NCBI RefSeq assembly: GCF_020745735.1
Contig: NC_083423.1
Span: 33,356,001 to 33,420,000 of the forward strand
DNA: 64,000 nt
Reading direction: 5' to 3'
Source: Hemiscyllium ocellatum
Taxonomy: Eukaryota
Within the stretch, counting starts at the first letter, position 1. Each line of letters opens with the position of its first letter. This document shows positions 1 to 12,330 of this stretch, piece by piece. The notes beneath the pieces are model-generated. The model was not told the origin of the DNA and did not search any database. It was given only the letters and a program-made list of their open reading frames with translations. The position numbers were made by a program, and so were the translations under genes.

Positions 1-1211
1 TAACTGCAAATGGAAAATACAACATGTGAAAAGTAATCTCCCACTCCAGTTATCAGTCAAATACCGTTCAACAGAGACAGCATCTATCAGCTTCTATTTA
101 TTCAGGATGTATGCACCTTATAGTTGGGCCTAGACTCTATTTTAAAGTCCGCTTGCTTTTAATGATTTTGGATATTATCCTGCTGTGAGAAATTAAAAGC
201 ATGATGCACGTAAACAGTGTTTACAAGCTGACCATTCACTGCTGTCTATCAGCCCTGGATATTAAATAAGAATACAAATCAGGGAAGAAGCAGGCAAAAT
301 TAAAGAAAATAAAACAACTGTAAAGCAGGGCTCAACATGCAAAGGGGTGGTGGGTGAGTCCACCCCTAAAAGTGCCTGAGAAAAATCGATTACAGGGGGC
401 AATCAACCAGAGAGGCGTGACCCTTGTAAGTAAGTGTAAGGGAATCACAGGCTTGTTCTCTCCTGCGTAATGCTGATGGGCTCACTAGTAAAACTATCAG
501 CAAAAGCCATCAGAGAAACAACCTGGGGCTGGTGAAGCAAGCAGGAATGTAAATGCTCATGATGGAAGGTTTGCTAGGGGAGGGTCAAGATGCCTTTTTA
601 CCTGAGCCAAGAAACAGCCACTTTTATTTTGTTTGGACTGGAAGCCACTCTTTTGGTGAGGTGGCCAGCAGCAAGGTCTTGGGGAGGTGGGAGGATGTTG
701 GAGGGCAGAAAGACTGCATAGAAAATTGGGAGAGGGAGACTGCAAAGATGTTAAAACAATTTTAAACTTATCAACAGAGGAGTGCTCCACTAACTGGAAA
801 CCAGACAAATTTGATATCACCAAACTCCTGAATTATTTGCAAATGAATGCAATTTCTAAATCTTTTGTCCAGAAGCTACTGCATAGGGAAAAAATGCAAT
901 GGGTGCTGTTGTAATGAACACTGTCAATTGTTAAATTTAAATCTGAAATTGAGATGCAGTAAGAATTGCTTGGTTAAAATATTCCAGCTCAGTGAACATG
1001 CAATGGAATCATGAGCTGTGACTTGCAGAGTGGTTTTGTGTTGCAGAAACACGTATTGGTGGTTTTGGAAAAAAAACTTGCCAACTTACACCTGTGGCCT
1101 TGCATAAAGCTAAATACAGCAGTATCCGAGAAATGAATGCTTTCCTTGTGTGTTGGAAATTTATGTTTAATGGACGGTTAGTAAATTAGGGTATTGATGA
1201 GTTCTTCTAAT

Positions 1212-1914
1212 TGTTATGACATGAAGGGGAACCCATCTGTTAATTAAACCAAACACCCAGAAAAGCTCACCTCCTCACGTAATCTGTCAAAATATAAGTG
1301 ACAGAGAACTCCCAAATTCCACGATTTTCAACTCTATTCATTATTCTAAGTCCCCTTTTCTCTTAACTGCTTATTATCTGCCTCCAACTCTATAACAATA
1401 TGCTGTTCCAATAAGACACTTATTAAGATTACATCAACTTAATTTCAAAGCCACACAGCCGCTGTTGGCTTCATTGCTTTTCTGCTTCTGGCTGAGGATT
1501 TCCCTGGGTCATTTTCTTTCTTTTTACTGTGAATATGTTTCATATGAAAAGGCTTCTTTAATAGAGAGTATTTCCTAATTTCTTGGAGAGCAAGATGTTA
1601 AATCTCCAGGCTTATCTGTCTCGATGGCAGTTGCTTTCTCTAATTTTCAAAATGCACACATTTTTATACCCCCAACATTGGATCATGTCATTGATTCGAT
1701 GTTGGCAAAACAATAAATTCATATTCGATTCGGTTTTAGTATCCTGGGGCATAATTTAAACTGATTTGATGACAATTTGAATTTAACCAAACAGCAACCA
1801 AAACTTAAGGATCTATTTCACAGCCAAATGTTACATATTTTCGATTTTCCAACACACTCTGGGACTGCCATCTAGTCATATACATAGGTGCTTGTGAGTT
1901 CTCAGTTCCTAACA
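1212..1914. mobile_element. possible solo LTR
   Basis: ~700 bp block starting TGTTATGA and ending TAACA (TGTTA...TAACA inverted termini); no clean TSD seen. Confidence 0.35.
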
Positions 1915-3375
1915 ACATTCTCTCTCTCATGAAGGTACAGTACACACTTTCAACTTCATAATGTAATTCTATTGCTGTATGAGTCTAAACACCACATATG
2001 TCAACAGAAGTACAGAAATTCATGTTATTATTAATGCTACGTCATCTAATAAAGGAATTAGTTTGAATGAAAAGGCAATCCCTATAAAATCTCAAGAGGA
2101 GTCACCAAGAAAAAGAAAGTTTCATGTTATGTTATAAAGTACCCATTAATTTGGCAAATCAATACAATTAATTTGTTGAGGGGAATTTTACTCTATTTTT
2201 TAACAAAACCCCATTGGACTGCTTGAAACACGGAACTGTTAGTGGGGGTATATGACTATTTCATTGCTTCAAATAACATTTGGTCTCTACTTTAATCTGG
2301 TGTAGTGTTTGTCAGTCAGCAACATGCTATGCATATGGTTCAAAGTAAATAAACGGGTCTCAATAACATAGGATCAAATTTTCTGCTGGCCAGAGATTTA
2401 TTGTATGAACACAGATCAGAATTGCACAAGAGTATCCCTGCAGAATCATCATCATAGCACATGCTGAAGGAATTGCCCAGGAAATCGACTTTTCCAGAAA
2501 AATAAGAGAGTTCGGAGGATTCCAATGAAATTAAGCAAAATAATTACGCGGGCTGCCTTCGGATCTGTCCCAAGCCCCTGGTCCAGCACCACCAACATTT
2601 GATTAGATCCCATCATCCCCCTCTCACGAGAAACCATCCTCTACTAGAACAAACCAAGCAGCTTACCCAAACCTGCAGTGCCAGTGTCAAAACTCCCAGA
2701 TTCAACAATTACTCTCCCTACCAAGCAAACCCGCGTTCTCCTACCATAAATACTTATCTGTCCCCTTGACAGCTGGTATCATACCCTCTCCCCAACTCTC
2801 ACCATATCCAGTGGCACCTATCCATCTAGCACACTGCTCACCTGGCCCCTACCACCCTAACCATTTGGCACCCAAACCACCCAGCACCCTAGCATCACAC
2901 TTGCCCGTGTCAGCAGCTATCAAAGTGGCTACCAGGACCATTAAGCTTCAAATTATGGCAACTGACTGCGTGGTAAAGGGAGAGTGGTTTGCCTTCCTCT
3001 TACAGTTCTACATTACAAAACAAAGCTGTCAGAATGGAACGACACCTCCAAACTTCTGGGGGGGCTGTGATCAGAATCTGCTGTCAGATCTGCAGAGCTC
3101 CCTTCTTTAACAGAAAATGGCCTGTGTGGCAACCTGTCGGGATTGCCTCTCATTGAGAAACTGTCCCGTAATTACAGAATGAATCTGCCGAACTATAAAA
3201 GATAGGTTAGTTAAGCATTAACACCACTGAAAAGGGCATTTTATTAAAATGCACTAAGGTGCCAGACATTTGTTTTAGGAAGAAACTAATTGTACAAATT
3301 TGAGCTGAATTAAGACAACGTTTAAATCATGTTACAAATGATGCTTATAAATGCTCAGAAAATGAATTACAGTAC

Positions 3376-3467
3376 CAACGCAGTCAACACCAAAGGTACC
3401 ATCAGGACAGCAAGCTTTAATTGTATCCACGCAAAACCAGAGGAAGAAATTAGGATGATTTTTCTGC
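3376..3467 (-). CDS. CRELD2: CRELD2 coding exon 4 (92 nt)
   Basis: ctgcag|...QKNHPNFFLWFCVDTIKACCPDGTFGVDCV|gtactg; frame continuous with upstream exons. Next exon (EGF-like) not found in 1-3375. Confidence 0.93.
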
Positions 3468-4689
3468 CTGCAGTTAAAAAGAATGATTTTAAACTTGAAT
3501 GAAACAAAGTGATCATATACAAAACAAAGGTGATTCACTCCATTTTGCCTGTACTAGCTTTTGAAAGGATTATTCAATTCATACTATTCCTTTCAAGTTT
3601 TCCTGAAAGTCTTTACATATCCACTTTCTTCTTGAAAGATGTTTTCTGACAAACACTCAACACAATTACAATATAATAATTAGTCCTTCAGTGAAAACAT
3701 CATTAGGCATTAAATATAAAAGTTATGAAACACGTCACTGAAGTCAAACCTAACTCCATTTGGAATAGATACTGGACAAAAATAAAAGAACATTGTAACT
3801 TATTTAACACAATTTGGAGGAATCTATTTGTTTTTGAACCAGTTTAGGAATGATTCTGGTATCCAGACACTTCAAAATTCTGGTCCACTCAGAACCTATG
3901 AAATGCAGTTAAAAATCAGTTCAATTGTTAAAAGGAATTTTGAGAAGTAAAAATCTGTACAGTCTTTGTATTTTAATAAAAAATGGAATTTCAGATCCAT
4001 GAAGAAAACTGGACCAGCAATTTTAGTGAAAAAGAAACAAACTTTTTCTGTCATCCAGATTTTCAATGAAGCAAGATTATAATAATTCAAAAAAATTGTC
4101 AATTTTTTTTCAGTTATCCTATCTCAACTAATTCAAACATAGGTCACTTGAATTAATCTCATCTTCCCTGGGTTAGAAAAAAATCAAATCAAAAGTAGAA
4201 CCAAACTTGTAACATGTTACTACTAATCAGCAACTCCTCTTGGAAAACAAGTGCATCTAGATGTTATATAGAGATATGGTCAAATCAGAAGTGATACCTT
4301 AAAAAGTATAGCTTACTGACAACGTTGGCACAGAGCAAAGTACAGTTTTACAGTGCTTGTGTTGTAATGGATTTCAAAATATTTTCTAACCTAATTAAGA
4401 AATGTTAGATATGAAGTCGGAGAGAGAATAAAAACAAGACCAAAAGGTAGGGAGCAAAGTGACAAAGAAGAGATAGGTAGCCACACAATCCTCGAGATCA
4501 AGCTCGTACTGACTGCGTATGCAACCAATCATGAAAGGAAGGGGAGCGAACAGATAGAGTGAGGTTCAGGGCAAGGAGGAAAGTATATGGAAGCACAAGA
4601 GAATGTTACAGACTCAAAAAAAAATTAAATCCACTTATGTCACAGATTTAATAATGAAAAGAAAACTATTTAATAATTAAGAAACTTAC

Positions 4690-4800
4690 ATTGTGAACCA
4701 CCAACGCTCGATATACTCTTCATGAGTTTCCACCATAAGATTACATTCAAATTCAGAATTCTCACACAGGGACTCTATAATCTCTACAAGACGGGTCTCA
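4690..4800 (-). CDS. CRELD2: CRELD2 coding exon 3 (111 nt)
   Basis: tttag|...ETRLVEIIESLCENSEFECNLMVETHEEYIERWWFT|gtaagt; CRELD WE/DUF3456 region. Confidence 0.95.
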
Positions 4801-6440
4801 CTAAAATTAAAAAGAACAGTTAAGAGCAAAAATAATATTCTGCTCAAGTACCCAATTAACAATCCTACCCTCTGATTTAAATGTGCAACATTTCAAAATG
4901 TACATTATTCTTCACATAATTGGATTGTTTTAGAAATTCTATTATCACGCAAGTATGTAATATTGTAACTACTTTTGTTTTCTGCACATTTCTTCAACTC
5001 CAATAACTCAATTTGCTATTAATTAGATACAAATAAGTGAAAGTAATTCAATTCCTTGACACAGGTGTCTGTAAAAAACAAACTTCTATGCCACATTAGA
5101 ATGGTCAAGTCTGGGAGATACAAAAGCATAGAGAAATATTTCAACAGATGAAGCAAGACAAGGTGGAGTTCGTTATTATTGTGCAATCCAAATTTGGAGA
5201 CAGGACTGAAGATAATTGTAGAAGTCATCTCAATTGTTAATATTTATTGTACACAAAGAAATTTCTGAGACATTTCAGAAGGAGAAGTCTTCAAAACATT
5301 GTTTGACCTATAATGTGATGCTGACTAGCATATTTTGCATTGTAATCCATAACACATGACTGGTTAGTTATTGCTAGCAGGGGCATTGAAGCAATCTTAA
5401 GAACCTTTCAGATGTTCTGTGAAAAAGGAACTGTGATCAAACACTGTATACTCCTCTTCCCATCTACAGCAAATTTGTAATGACATAAACTCACCGACTC
5501 AAACATTCTGGGTGGCAAGTTGCCTGGCCAATATTAAGGACTAGGATAAACTAGTATGTCATCCCTCAGAAAGTTAAAATGGGGATGACTCCTTTCAGCT
5601 CCAGTCAGCATCCTAGTGACTCAGACTGAATCCCCTGGCTCCAGTCAAGATTAAGAAAAAGTGATGTTGATCCTCAGCACTTTGTTTGAGCCCAGGTTCA
5701 GCAGTCATCCCGCATGTGTACTCCATTACTGAGGGAGCTTAATCTACCTCCACTGCTAAACTTTAAAAAAAAATCATTTCAACTTCTCTAATAACGTTAG
5801 GTGGAATCCCTAGTTCCAGAAACCACCTTGATCCACACCAAATCCTATTATCCCACACTCTCCAAACTCCTTTGGTTTTATGCCCAAATATGTCAGTTTC
5901 ATGAATAGTTGCTCTTGTTTTCTCAATTTCTTGATGGCCTCACTGAAGCCAACTTTTAAACTTGTAATATATGTTAATCATTCACAAGCTCTCTCAGTTC
6001 CTCCAAAACCTAGCCTTCATATCTCACACTTCATGCCCTCCAATATCAGCTGTGCTTCCAACTACCACATGCTAGATTTCTGACACTTTCAGGTCCCTCA
6101 TTTTCTTCTGCCCCTTTTTTCCAGGCCATATTTTATGTATATTTCCTTGTTGTAAAGCAAGGAATCACACATCTCCCTGCAACAGGAGAAACAATGGCAA
6201 TTTCAATCTATAAAAAGTTATTTCCTAAAAATTCACCAAATCTATTGATTGGTTTATAGTTTATAATGAGTACACCGATTTCATAACTATTGAGGATGCA
6301 TTATGTAATAAATTATCAAATGCTTGAGCATTTCAGTGCAATTATTTTTTTAATTCATACACTAACCCTTTCAGCAAGTCAAAACCTGAATAGTCACACT
6401 GTTCTTATGTCTTTCAAAGTTCTGAGAATCATTTGGAAAC

Positions 6441-6739
6441 AGTGAGGACTGCAGATGCTGGAGAAGTTAAGAGTTGATCAAGTGTAGCGCTGGAAACAAC
6501 ACTGAGAAATAAAGAGAGGGAGGGGTTGTGGCTAGGGGAAAAGGTGGTTGGGATGGCAATCCCCTGCTACCTTTGCCCACCCATTCCCATCCCCTAACTC
6601 TCTCCTTATTTATTTCTAAGCCCCATTCCCCCATCCCAGTCCTGATGAAGGGTTTAAGCACAAAATGTCAATTGCCTTGCTCCTCAGATGCTGCCTGAAC
6701 TGCTGTACCTCTTCCAGCACCCCACTTAATCAACTCTGA
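6441..6739. mobile_element. Penelope-type inverted-repeat remnant with degenerate hammerhead core
   Basis: begins agtgaggactgcagatgctggaga; CTGATGA-A-GGGT at 6642; right arm resembles the 7083-7204 arm. Confidence 0.7.
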
Positions 6740-6973
6740 AAATAAATTTGTACAACACAGACTAATGCCACTTAAAACAGAAATTCAATCTCCATTCCAA
6801 GAGTAATGCAAAACTTGTTCATAAATTGCATTAAGCCAAAGCTATCAAACAATAGAACACAAATCTCCTATGCATTTTTCTTTCTGATCTTTCTTAATCT
6901 AATCACTACATAGGAGGCTATGGCTTTTTTCCATTATTAAATGCACATTATGGCAGAATTGCTCAATGACTAT

Positions 6974-7204
6974 CCAGAGTTGAGAGTGTGTTGCCGGGCA
7001 AGCATAGCAGGTCAGGCAGCATCTGAGGAGCAGGAGAATCGACATTTCGGGCATAAGCCCTTCATCAGGAATGAAGCTCTTCCTGATGAAGGACTTACGT
7101 CCAAAACGTCAATTCTCCTGCTCCTCAGATGCTGCCTGACCTGCTGTGCTCTCCCAGCCACACACTCGACTCTGATCTCCAGCATCTGCAGTCCACACTT
7201 TCTC
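6974..7204. mobile_element. Penelope-type fold-back insertion with two opposed hammerhead-like cores and 12-bp TSD
   Basis: ~95 bp inverted arms centred near 7075; TSD CTCAATGACTAT at 6962-6973 and 7205-7216. Confidence 0.85.
7036..7072 (-). ncRNA. minimal type I hammerhead ribozyme motif
   Basis: minus strand: ttc CTGATGA A GGGC TTAT GCCC GAAA TGTC GATTC. Confidence 0.7.
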
Positions 7205-7623
7205 CTCAATGACTATTCACAACAGTCTTTACTCCTATGCTTATGCTTTAAACGGGAATTGTACCAAATATTAGTTTGGCATCCTGGACAGTTCAGCCAA
7301 GTTCAAGGTTGGTGGACTTTCGTATTCAGATAGTACACATCCAATAAGCAATACAGAAATGGGACAGGAACTCTCTGAGCCCTTTACCTAAATGCCAATG
7401 TTGGGTGGTATGAGGAATTATTTGTTTAAGCAAGGAACTCACATACATCCAATTTTCAAATACAAATGGTGCAAATGAGAATCAGTGAACTATTGTCCAA
7501 TTAGCTTCAGATCAATTCTTGGAGCACGCTTGGTATTTATTTAGACCAATATTTTTTACTGTTTTATTTAAAATGCAAAGTCACCCCACAGCTCAACTTA
7601 TTATAATCTTTATTCATACCTAC

Positions 7624-7706
7624 CTGAATTCATACTTTGACAAATACCTTTCTTCCCAGTCTGTATTTCCACCACCAAAATTCTTTCTGGAGGTATCTTC
7701 TACAGC
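7624..7706 (-). CDS. CRELD2: CRELD2 coding exon 2 (83 nt)
   Basis: ttag|AVEDTSRKNFGGGNTDWEERYLSKYEF(S)|gtaggt; NFGGGNTxWEE is the CRELD signature. Confidence 0.96.
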
Positions 7707-8899
7707 CTAATTTTGAAAAAAGTAATTTTGTACTTTATCTAGTTGCAAATAACATAGACATTAGAGCGGAAATATACTACTAATACTGTATTTTACTTTA
7801 TCTATCGACATTTGTGCACTATTTGGCCCATTATTACTCAAGTGTGAAGCACAAAAAGTGTTTGCATCACTGTCCTCTCAATCCCACAACAATATTCTCA
7901 GGCACATATATATTCTTGATCAACTCTTGAAATTAAATAGAGAGCCCAGTTTTACTCAACACATTTTCTGCAATCTATTTGTTTATCTGAAAGGATTCCC
8001 CCATCCCCAAGAGGGATTTTTAAAGCACTGATGGCCCAAATTCCAAAATCGTATACAATGGATTAATTGGAGCGATCAGCTACTGGATAAGGCATGAAGG
8101 TGAAATGAAAAATTACATTCAAAGATGTTTCTTCTCCTTTCATACCTATTCATCATTAGAGCATATTCAAACTAGTTTCCAGGGCTATACTACCATAACT
8201 CAAATAAATCAGGTCTTGCCCATCAGCTAGATCACTGACTTAGGGACATCTTTACTTCCTCCTCTCTAAAGTACTCCAGTAATAAGTTTTAAAACTGTCC
8301 AGAAATGAACAAACTAAATAACATGTAAATAGTTAGAATCCAACACATGATTTAACTAACTATACCATGGAGAACGAAACTATTGGCTGCTTGCCCACAG
8401 AGTAATTAAGCATCATGTGTTAAATTCAAATCTTGTATAAATATTAAAATCTAACCAAGACAATGCATACACATTTTTTAATGCAATGCTATATAATAAA
8501 CCAATACATCAAAAGAAGTTAAAGTGCTATTGTTCCTTACTTGTTGAATAATGAAATGCCTGTTCAAACAAATAAGAACTTTATTGTTGAACACAAGCTA
8601 ATCTTAGATTCAAGAAACATGATCTGGACATTCAGGAGATGCAGTCATACATTAACGATAAACTTAAAAGCACTCAAAAACTCAAACACACCACTGAAAA
8701 TTATGAGTTGTTCTAACCTTTGAGATGAATTTGCATGGATACATATAGATTACATGGAAAACTGCCAAAATAACATCATTGAACACTTTACTGCTCCACT
8801 GTGAAGGACATATTCCGAATTCATTTTGGTGTATATGCACCAATCTTAAATATACTAGTTAAGCATTTATAAAAAAAATGAACAGGACATTCAGCTCAA

Positions 8900-9455
8900 A
8901 TAGAATCATACAGCACAGAAACAGATCCTTCAATCCAACCAGATTATGCTGACCATAATCTCAAACTAAACTAATCCCATCTGCCTGACCTTTACCCAGA
9001 TCTCTCCAAACATTTCTTATTATTCATATACTCATCTGTGTCTTTTAAACATTGGAACTGTACCTGCATCCACCACTTCTTCTGAAAGTTTATTCCACAC
9101 ACAAACCGCGTTCCGTGTAAAAGAAAATTAGCCCTCTTGTCTTTTTTAAAACGTTTTCCTCTCACCTTAAAAAATACTCACAAGTCTTGAAATCCTCCAC
9201 TCTAGGGAAAAGACACCTACCATTCACCTTGTCTGTGCCTCTCATTATTTTATAAACCTCTATAAAGGTCACCTCTCAACCTCATATGCTCCAGTGAAAA
9301 ATGTTAGAGACAAAAAAAAACTGCAGATGCTGGAATCTGAAGTAGACAGGCAAGAGGCTGGAAGAACACAGCAACGTAGGCAGCAGGAGGAGATGCAGAA
9401 GTCGATGTTTCAGATATAACACTTGTTCAGGGCCCAGCCTCTCCAGTCTTTCCTT
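8900..9455 (-). mobile_element. CR1/HER1 LINE 3' fragment interrupted by a Penelope-type piece (~9305-9432)
   Basis: tagaatcatacagcacagaaacag tail; CR1 sequence resumes at cccagcctctccagtc after the insert. Confidence 0.75.
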
Positions 9456-10003
9456 TTAATTCAAATCTGTATCATTGAATCAAATCATACTTAATCTGTA
9501 TTTTTACTCAATGTACACAATTTAGTTCTAAATTTCTTAATAATTTTTACATAACAAAAACCTTTCACATTGTTAAAATGTTCAAATAGTCCAGCCTTAA
9601 CATTTTTAAGAGTTCCTGATTTATTACACATTTCATCTGAAGACGTTTTTCACAATATCACTGCTGAACAGTCTAAGTCTAATTTTTGAATATGACCTTA
9701 CAGAGTATAGTCTCTGCCAATGTTCCCGCAAACACTTTCAATTCATCCTTCTGGCCCATCTCTGCATTTCTTATCATCTGTACATTTTTACTGTGATTCG
9801 CACTTTAACTAGTTAATTTTAATTTTTTTGACAATTATAAATCCTATAACAGCTAGATCCATTATATGTATCTGGATTTATCAACGTTAATGTGATAATA
9901 ACTTTCTATTTACAAGGACCAGTCACGAGTGGTGGCTATTAAAACTGTTGCGATTTTCAAACAGTAAACAGCATCAGGAACCAGAAACAGGATACGTACT
10001 CAC

Positions 10004-10132
10004 CTTTAAGAAATTGCTTGCTATCTTTTTGCAAGTGGGACAAGATAACTTGTCATATGTTGATGACAGACAACATAACAGCAACAATCCAAGTAACAGA
10101 AGAGCGTGGAGGTTTTTGTTGGACCAAATCAT
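10004..10132 (-). CDS. CRELD2: CRELD2 first coding exon (129 nt): signal peptide and CXXC motif
   Basis: MIWSNKNLHALLLLGLLLLCCLSSTYDKLSCPTCKKIASNFLK|gtgagt; hydrophobic leader, CPTC; head-to-head with ALG12. Confidence 0.93.
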
Positions 10133-10646
10133 TTTCCGACTATGTCTATAATACAAACTTCAAAAAGACTCGGCAGAAAAAAGGTAAGAAAGGACAACAG
10201 CCACTGGCAGTGCTTACGTACAACTATTTCACTCTGAATTATTAACTCTAAAGTGCAAAACTTTAATTCAGGGTTTAGTTTGAACTGAGTTTCTCTAGCA
10301 GTATGCAGATATGCGGGAGTGGTCAGAAAGTTCGGAGCAGGTAACCGTTGCCTCTGGATGCAACAGCACAATCCCAAATTGTGGCAGCAATCAACTGATC
10401 AGGATAAAGCTAACGGTGCCTTCTTCTCTGCAGTGAATGGCTCCAAGCTGTCACCTTCCTCAGTGCAGTAACTGCAGAGCCATTGAGTGGTAGGGAGCTG
10501 TCCTTATTCACTGTACCTGAATCCAGGTGGTAGCCCCGGGCCACGCGCTACACCAGTCGCTACACTGCCGGCTACACACACCGGCGTTCCAACACAGGCA
10601 CTCCGGACGTTCCAAACCATACAGCCCACCTCCCTCTCGCCATCCC

Positions 10647-10657
10647 ATTGGTCCACG
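10647..10657 (+). promoter_or_regulatory. ERSE-II element
   Basis: ATTGG-T-CCACG is an exact match to the ATTGG-N-CCACG consensus. Confidence 0.8.
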
Positions 10658-10679
10658 TCGCTATCCATCAGCCGAACTG

Positions 10680-10698
10680 CCAATCAGCCTTCGACACG
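10680..10698 (+). promoter_or_regulatory. ERSE-I-like element (1 mismatch)
   Basis: CCAAT-cagccttcg-ACACG versus consensus CCAAT-N9-CCACG; exact 9-nt spacing. Confidence 0.65.
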
Positions 10699-11518
10699 CT
10701 TAGAGCGTTCGCGCAAACACGTGGAGCTCCTGTGGCAACTGAGCGGCGGGTTCAACACACCAGGCTGTTTGCAGAGAGGAGCGAATGCAAATAAACAACA
10801 GGCCCGACAGATTTCAGCATGAGCACAGATTTGTGAGTCAGTACTGGCAGGTGGATACTCAGTGCACCAATGAAGATTGACAGAAAATTATACAAAATTG
10901 AAGGGTACCCATAACAACACATCTGCATGTTTGCAAAGCAAAATGTATCCGTCAATGCAAACAAGCAAATGTGTGTAGAAGTGCAGACCGACGCAACAAA
11001 AACTATCAACACAATAAGAATCAGACCATCTTAAGGCTGATAATGCAGCAAAATGACCGTAGGTGGATTGAAAAAGGCCCGAATTTAACGTAGATCACCA
11101 ACAAAATGTCGGGCTCAATCTGAGCCAATGTAGATTGTGGGTTGTTACATCCTGTGTAGGTCTCCTTTGAACTGGATGTTGTTTCCCGTTATTCAGGGGG
11201 AGGAGGATCAGCTAATTCATTTTCCCTTATTTTCTTGTACAGCGTTTTGCTTGAACCGCATTTCCTCCTCAGGTAGAAACGTGGGATAGCCCGACACTGA
11301 AAGGCTCTGCGATAATTAACACAGACCAGATGCAATTAAATATCTGCTGACTGTAGGCGGTCTCGGGCAGCCATAGCAATTGAATAGTCATTTGATTATA
11401 CTGTGTTCGTGGGACTGGAGCTCAATTTGGGCTTGCATTGCTGCTTGATCTCTTTGACTGCCGTTTGCAGATAGCGAGGGTTCTGCCTCATCGCATTCCA
11501 ATTCTGCTTGGAAGCAAC

Positions 11519-11683
11519 ATGGCTGAGAGAAGCCGGGATATGCACAGGGAAGGATTGCTGCTGGTGCTCCTCGTTCTGCTCGCTTCCCTCCATCTGCTAA
11601 TATGTCCCTTCACGAAAGTGGAAGAAAGTTTCAACCTGCAAGCGGCGCACGACCTGTTATACCATGGTCTGCAACTGGACAAG
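11519..11683 (+). CDS. ALG12: ALG12 alpha-1,6-mannosyltransferase, coding exon 1
   Basis: MAERS...[27 protein letters not shown]|gtactg; [11 protein letters not shown] is the ALG12 motif; acceptor at 11470. Confidence 0.95.
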
Positions 11684-11775
11684 GTACTGACTCCTGGGAG
11701 CTCAAAGATTTCACACTAACTCCTCCACGCTGCTTTCCATTTCCATTTCTTACTGAGGCGCTTCTTTTTTTGTAG

Positions 11776-11908
11776 TACGATCATCATGAGTTCCCTGGTG
11801 TTGTTCCAAGGACCTTTGTGGGACCACTGTTCCTTTCATTGCTGTCTGCGCCAGCTGCTGCAATTCTGTCAGCTCTACATGTGTCCAAGTTTTACTCGCA
11901 ACTTGTAG
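11776..11908 (+). CDS. ALG12: ALG12 coding exon 2 (133 nt)
   Basis: tgtag|[26 protein letters not shown]...SKFYSQLV|gtatgt. Confidence 0.96.
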
Positions 11909-12107
11909 GTATGTCGAACCCATTTTTAAGTTAAATTTCACTGCAGTCAGTCTTTGCAATTGGTTTCGAAATTGAGAGAAATGTTGAGTGATTAAAACAC
12001 GTACTTCAACATGCTGCAATTTGGACATTTTGCATTAAACTTGAAGAGATTTTGTAGAACCTTTTACATAGCCTTTGCTTTTGTTACGACTGAGAATATA
12101 TATGTAT

Positions 12108-12330
12108 TTAGAGTCATACAACAGGGAAACAGCCTTTGATCCAACTCACCCATGCCATCCAAGGTTCCCAAGTGAAAATAGTCCCATTTGCCTGCATTTG
12201 GCCCATATCTCTCAATATTTTCCTATTCATATACCTGTCCAAAAGTCTTTTAAATGTTGTAACTATATGTGCACTCACCACTTTCCTCCAGCAGTTCACT
12301 CCACATAAGAACCACCCTCTGTGGCAAGTA
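12108..12330 (-). mobile_element. CR1/HER1 LINE 3' fragment
   Basis: tagagtcatacaacagggaaacag tail; translates VTTFKRLLDRYMNRK. Confidence 0.8.

Larger units (their letters stand above)
10500..10850. promoter_or_regulatory. CpG-rich bidirectional promoter shared by CRELD2 and ALG12
   Basis: local CpG enrichment between divergent genes; candidate first-exon donors at 10516 (minus, CAG|gtacag) and 10833 (plus, gtgagt). Confidence 0.85.

Noticed and set aside
2370-3190. C-rich block and 114-aa ORF (2766-3110), possible Harbinger-type element or further CRELD2 exon
   Set aside because: No EGF-like cysteine pattern or splice sites; termini too degenerate to call
3376-10132. CRELD1 as alternative identity
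   Set aside because: Head-to-head position with ALG12 and the short leader before CXXC fit CRELD2
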